Shown piece by piece: positions 58,570 to 64,000 of a stretch of 64,000 bases of DNA; within the stretch, counting starts at the first letter, position 1, and the number at the start of each line of letters is the position of its first letter. This DNA comes from Lepidodermella squamata (Eukaryota; Animalia; Gastrotricha). The notes beneath the pieces are model-generated. The model was given only the letters and a program-made list of their open reading frames with translations. It was not told the origin of the DNA and searched no databases. The translations under genes and the position numbers were made by a program. The stretch lies in NCBI GenBank assembly GCA_047495785.1, contig JBLDXI010000033.1, positions 1,116,001 through 1,180,000 of the forward strand, read 5' to 3'.

Positions 58570-60674
58570 AGTCGGAACGGATGTGTCAACCCGCTTGCCA
58601 AATTTTAAAAGCTTCTAATTTGTTGAAGCTAAATGCTGAAATAGTTTTTTCAACGGAATGATAGTTTTTGCCGGCTCCTCTTTACAAACTCGTTGTAGTA
58701 CTTAGGTGTGCGCTTGGTTAACGTGGCGTGACCAGGCAAGTTTTTTTTTGAATACTATCCGCTTTCTTGGCCGCTTCCTTTTTAAAGATATTCTGGATAT
58801 GTTCATCTTTCTTTCCTGATAAGAAAAAAGAGAGAAGCCCAAAACGTCGCGCAACTTAACCCATTAACGCCAAACGGCATCATGTCCTGCCACCCTTTAT
58901 TTAAAAAATCCTGTAGGGTGACTACAACCCCAGGGTGTCTAAAAGGCATATCTCCGCATTGGGAAATCGTATAAATTCGGTGAAAACGGATGAATGACCA
59001 GTGTCTCGTAGGCTTGGTGATGAGCTAGGAGCAGTTTTTGGGACTGTCACCAAACTGCACTAAAAAGTGTCATAAAAATCAATTTGGCACGAAGTATCAC
59101 CTTTAACCCAACTGAATGCATTCCTAAATAGATCTTTTCAACTGATTCTAAGCTGATCTACTTTTTCTTTAATAGCGGCTTCCTAGCAATCACCGTTCTT
59201 AAGGTAATCGTCTAAGTGTGACAACAGGTTAGGTCACGTGACAACTTGACACTGGAATATCTCAATAATTGTAGATGATATAAATATGCGGTTTTCACCT
59301 TCTAAATACCCGCATTTTCTCTATCGGAAAAGCACGTCTCAATAGGGAAAGAAAAAGAAAAATATTTTCCGAAAACATTCTGGGCATCAAGTGTCGCGCT
59401 TTGTTAACTTTGTGCCCATCTTAAATGTTTTGCGCCACGTTTTGATTTTGTTTGCGCGCTGTTTCGAAATCCTGTCCAAGGCCCAAGAAAAAAACGGCTT
59501 TGACAATTTTACTCTTTTTATTATTTCTATCTTGATTTTTTGTCATCATGCTGGCATTGACACCACAAATATGAATAGTTAATGTTACAGCGTAATTAAT
59601 CATAACAATAATATATAATGAAAAGGATGCAAAGAAATCGTATAACAATATATAGCTGATTGATTATTTTTTAGGCGCATCGTTTTACAATTTTTTTTCA
59701 TTCGATTCCGCTCATATTTTATACACAACAAGATTTCCTCGAAAAAATCATCCAACAAAATGTGCTTGTATGATGGTAATGCAGGGCACGGAATTAATTT
59801 CTATATTACAACACGTTAAATTCGAGCAAAAAATTGGGAGAAATAAGGTAAAAATTCAAATTTATACAAATAACAACAGAAAAACGGTGTTTTCTTGCCT
59901 TGGGTCACAGAAATTTGACGACAAATAATTTTTTTTCATCATTCAATTGGTGAATAAAGGCTGGTAGAGTTATTAAAGAATATAAAAGCGGCACAACACG
60001 CTCTGAAAAAATCTAACACAAAATAACGGATGCACGGAGCGTTCATCTGCAGTAAAAATTATTCATTTTTACATATTCACAAGTTTTTCTATTCGATAGA
60101 ATTCGGTGGGAAATAAAATCAGGCGTCGATGATTTCAGGTTGTTTGTTAGTGTTACAATATACTAAAAACGGGTGAGTTTTTAAAACTCGGGTGTCTAAA
60201 TGGGTTCCGTTTGACCCGCGGCGGGGCGATCTCTGTTGCACTTTGAAAGAAGAGTATGCGATTTATCGATTTTTCTATATCAGGCACAAATTATCGGTGA
60301 AAAATTGTACAAGAAGTTATTTACAGAAATTTTTCAAGTCTACAATTTTTCATTTTATAACTAAAATCAGTTATTAATTGTTAGTTATATAAAGCAGAGA
60401 AGAAGATAAGGAGGAAAAACAATCACAGACGAGACTTGTTGTTGTTGTTGCAGGAACGCGAGCGGAATATTTTGTCTAAAATTCATGTCAGCAATTTTTC
60501 ATTCGTTGAAAACATTCAAACAGTCGACGGGAGATTCAACAAATTTAGTACAAAAATTCCCAAAAAAATGGCAGTGGAATCTGTTTTTTTTGGAAAAATT
60601 GATATCGGAATTGAAATGTAGTAAAGCGTTGCATTGTTTTTTTAGTCATCCTATAGATAGTAATGGTCTGCTTT

Positions 60675-63600
60675 TCAAAGCACGAAATGCTTGATAAGGC
60701 TGTCGAGGTCGTAACTCGCGTAATTACGCGCCGACCGCCGCCGCCGCTTCGCCGATGACTGCGTATTCTGCGAACCCGAGTTGGGAGAACACTGGCCTGG
60801 CACGAGGCCAACTTCGTCGATGGCTGTGTAGCCAATGAAAGTTTTGCCTTGACGGCTATCGATGATCACCTGCAAAAAAATCAATATTTACAAATTAAGT
60901 TTTGAATATTCAAAAAATTCAAATTTTCAAATATTCAAATTTATTCAAAATTTCAAATTATTTCAAAATTAAAAATCAGACAACTTCAAATCTTAAAATA
61001 TTAAAATTTTCAAAATTTTCGAACTTGAAAATTGAAAGATCGAAAATTTATATTCCATATTTTTCGAAGTTTTAATTCAGCGTTTGCCCAAATCTGAAAT
61101 TTCAATTCTGATTTCTCGAATTTTGAAATATTTTTCCGAAAAATCAATTTTTCACCAAAATCACCTAAAAATCACTTTTTAAAGAGACAGAATTTTTTGC
61201 AAAAAATCCTACAAATGACCTTTGAAACCAACGTACGGTAAATTTTGAAATTTCATTTTTTCAAAACTCATTTTTTCGATTTTTTTTAATTTGAAATATT
61301 GCTTACATTGAATGATTCTGTTGCCACGATAGTGACTGACTCGCGAGCCCAGCCGTTTTGCGACGGCGTGGCGACAATGGACCGGATAAGCGACTCCTCG
61401 CCATTAGCGTTCGACTGAAGCACCGCCAACCGGTCCGGCTGTTTGTACCAGCCATTCATGCGGTAGTAGAACACGAAACACCACGTGCCGGCCGGCACCG
61501 GCTGGCTCACCAGCCGGCTCGACTCCCACACGTTGTCCATCATCGTGCCGCCGAGCAGGTAGTAGAAATGCTCGTCGCGATTTTCGCGCGATTCGTGCCC
61601 ATCGCCTGGGTTGTGCTTCTTCCAACGCGCTTTATTACGCGCGTCCTCCTTCCACGTGCACATATCCACCTCAAATGTGCAATACAGCATTTTCGAGTCG
61701 AACGGGCATGAGCCAGATTTCAGGTAAAGATCATCGATCGCGATATCGCTCTGGAAACCATCGCCAACTTCGCCTTCGAGAACAATCTGAGAAAAAATTA
61801 AAAATTGAAATTGAAAATTGAAAAAATTGATCGAAAATAAAAAGTTTAAAATTAAATTAACAATTAACAATTAAAAACTTTGCAAAAATTTCAAAATGTA
61901 TGAAAATTTAGAAAATCACGTGAAAAAATTGGAATTGAAAAAAATTAAAATTAATTGAAAAATTAATTAAATCCAACTTGAAAATTAAAATTAAAAAAAT
62001 TTAATTAAAATAAATTAAAAATTGAAAAATGTTGAAAAAATTTCAAAATTTAAGAAATTGTTTAATAATCACGTGAGATCCGGCGTCGTCGTTGGCGATG
62101 TTGAGTTCGGCGCTGAGCCATTGCGCACCCTGTTGGCCGCATCGCTCCCACAGCAGCCGTTCGTCCTGGTTAGCCTTGGCGTGATAGACGCGAAGGCAGC
62201 CCATCTGCGAGCCGTACATGAAGTACCAAAATTGGAAGCAATAACTCGCAGAATTCTTCATGAGCGCCTTTAAAATTCGCGCCTTGTCGCCCTTCTTCTG
62301 CGGCGAGGAGCCTTCGATGAAGGCGTAGGTGCCTAAAATTTATAAAAAAATCGTTAATTATCGGAAAATTAGGGCATGAAAAATTACGTGCAAATTAATG
62401 TGAACTCAACGATTAAAATTATAAAAATAAATTCGTGCAGTTTTAATTGATTAAAATCAACGAAAAATCACAACGAAAATGAGTTGAAAGTGTCAAAACC
62501 AAAACGCAAAGTGATTAAAATTGACGGTTAAAAAAATTCTGGAATTGTTACTGTACCTATCATGAGTGGATTGACCCCGAAATAGTAACTGAGTGAGACC
62601 CACTTTGAAAGGACTGGCGTGTGATAAGGTTTGATATGTTTTTAAATGGGCCGCGCATGCAGATGAGGCACAAGTTGACAAAAATAATATTAATTATAAG
62701 CACCGTGAATATAGGTTAAAGTTAGTATCATTTAAAATTGTGACTTTTTTCAAATTATTAAATTTTAAAAAATGCAAGGAAAATACCTTTCGCTTCACCA
62801 GACCCGGCGTAGGTGTGGTCGAAAGACGGCCCAGTGCCGTAGGACGGGGTTGGTCCACGGTTCATCTGCCAGTCGAAAATGTCGCCGAAAGAATTCTTCC
62901 ACGCGCAAAAGTTGTTCGCCTCGAAATCGCAGAAATCATCGTCCGCATCGGTCGGGCCCAACTGGCACGTTTTCGGCGAGTACGAAACTTGGACGTCGTC
63001 CAACGAAATGGTGCCGCCAAACGTCGGCTGCCCGGCCTCGGCTTCGAACGCAATCTGGAAGAACGGGCCCTTTGGAATAATCGGCGCTTGGCCGCTGAGC
63101 CACGCGTCGCCAAAGTTACCCCGCGCCTCCCAGATAACGTCCTCCTCGAGGCCTGGGTTGATGACAACCATGCGCAACACCCCGGCATCGACGCCGTTAA
63201 CGCCGAAGAAAAATGTGATGCAGTTGACGTCGTAGCTGAAGTAGCGGCTTAGTAGTCTAGCTTTCTGGCCTCGCTTCTGAGGCTGGCCGGTCATTGTGTA
63301 GGCGTAATGGCCGTTTGTGTCACCCCGGCTGTGATCGACCGCCGGCATGGTTGGGTGGCGCTGGCGCACGCTGTTCGGCGAGTATGGCCCGTAAATGTCC
63401 CATGAAAAGTCGCTGTTCGGATCACTGCCCCAGCCACACCACGTTTGCTCAAACGAACAAGTCGCTGTAAAAACATATTGTGAAGTTTTACGAGCTGTAC
63501 AGTGACCACAAATGAAACATCAATTAGTATCGAGGGTAGAAACATTATTCGAGATTAAAAAAGGGAAAAAAACAGGGGCGAAATTCTTAGAAATAGGCAA

Positions 63601-64000
63601 GCTATAGGCGTTTTCATCACCTCCAACAAAAAAATGCCATTAAGCTGGTCGAAAAAAATAAGTCAAGGCGGGATAGGTTTTTTTTGTTACCTTTGATTAG
63701 CATGTTCAAGTCTGCGTTAGTGTGGTTAAAATCTTAATTAGCATGTGCCATGCACGAATATATAAAAGGCGCGATCATTTTTTTAGAATGATAATAATAA
63801 TAATATCTGTGGTGTGATTATATGCGAGGTTCAGCGGCGTGTTTTTTACCTGACGTAATGTTCGTGCTACCATCAACAGGTGTGGCCCCGGCACCTCCAA
63901 CAAGGTTTACATTGACAGGCCCACCTTTTGCTGATGACGTTGCGCCGACAATGGGCAGCAACACGGATGCTGGTGTCGCGGTATTGCCGCCTTTTATTAT
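60675..64000 (-). CDS. Multi-MAM-domain protein, 3' part (at least 3 MAM domains; 5' end beyond the window)
   Basis: CSFE..CGW, GPSFDHT, CFQFWYFMYG, IAIDD, CTFE..C.W motifs across five spliceable exons; stop at 60675; frame open to the window edge. Confidence 0.85.

Noticed and set aside
58857-59110. TTAA-CCC start suggesting a piggyBac-like end
   Set aside because: No matching inverted terminus found

Overview
Eukaryotic (metazoan invertebrate) genomic DNA with compact genes and mostly ~50-56 nt GT-AG introns; no prokaryotic features. From left to right: four tandem secreted genes built of short PAN/Apple-like 6-Cys modules plus Thr-rich mucin tracts (1-12015, +); a small Cys-rich furin-site/hydrophobic-tail gene (+); a RhoGAP gene (-); two very divergent globins with the canonical B12.2 intron (-); two ARM-TIR-SAM-like genes that retain the TIR catalytic Glu (+); a kinase-less single-pass receptor with a PAN-Ig-FN3x3 Tie-like ectodomain (-); a ~14.7 kb gene for a giant secreted MAM-astacin(E>L, dead)-PAN-CUB-Sushi-mucin protein (-); two recently duplicated small heat-shock protein genes (+); two catalytically dead trypsin homologues (-); and the 3' part of a multi-MAM protein gene (-). 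Several MITE/foldback elements are present, one carrying TTAGGG repeats. Gene models were spliced by hand and domain calls come from motif recognition, not database searches. The most interesting candidates are the ARM-TIR-SAM pair, the divergent globin pair, the mini-PAN array and the pseudo-protease mosaic.
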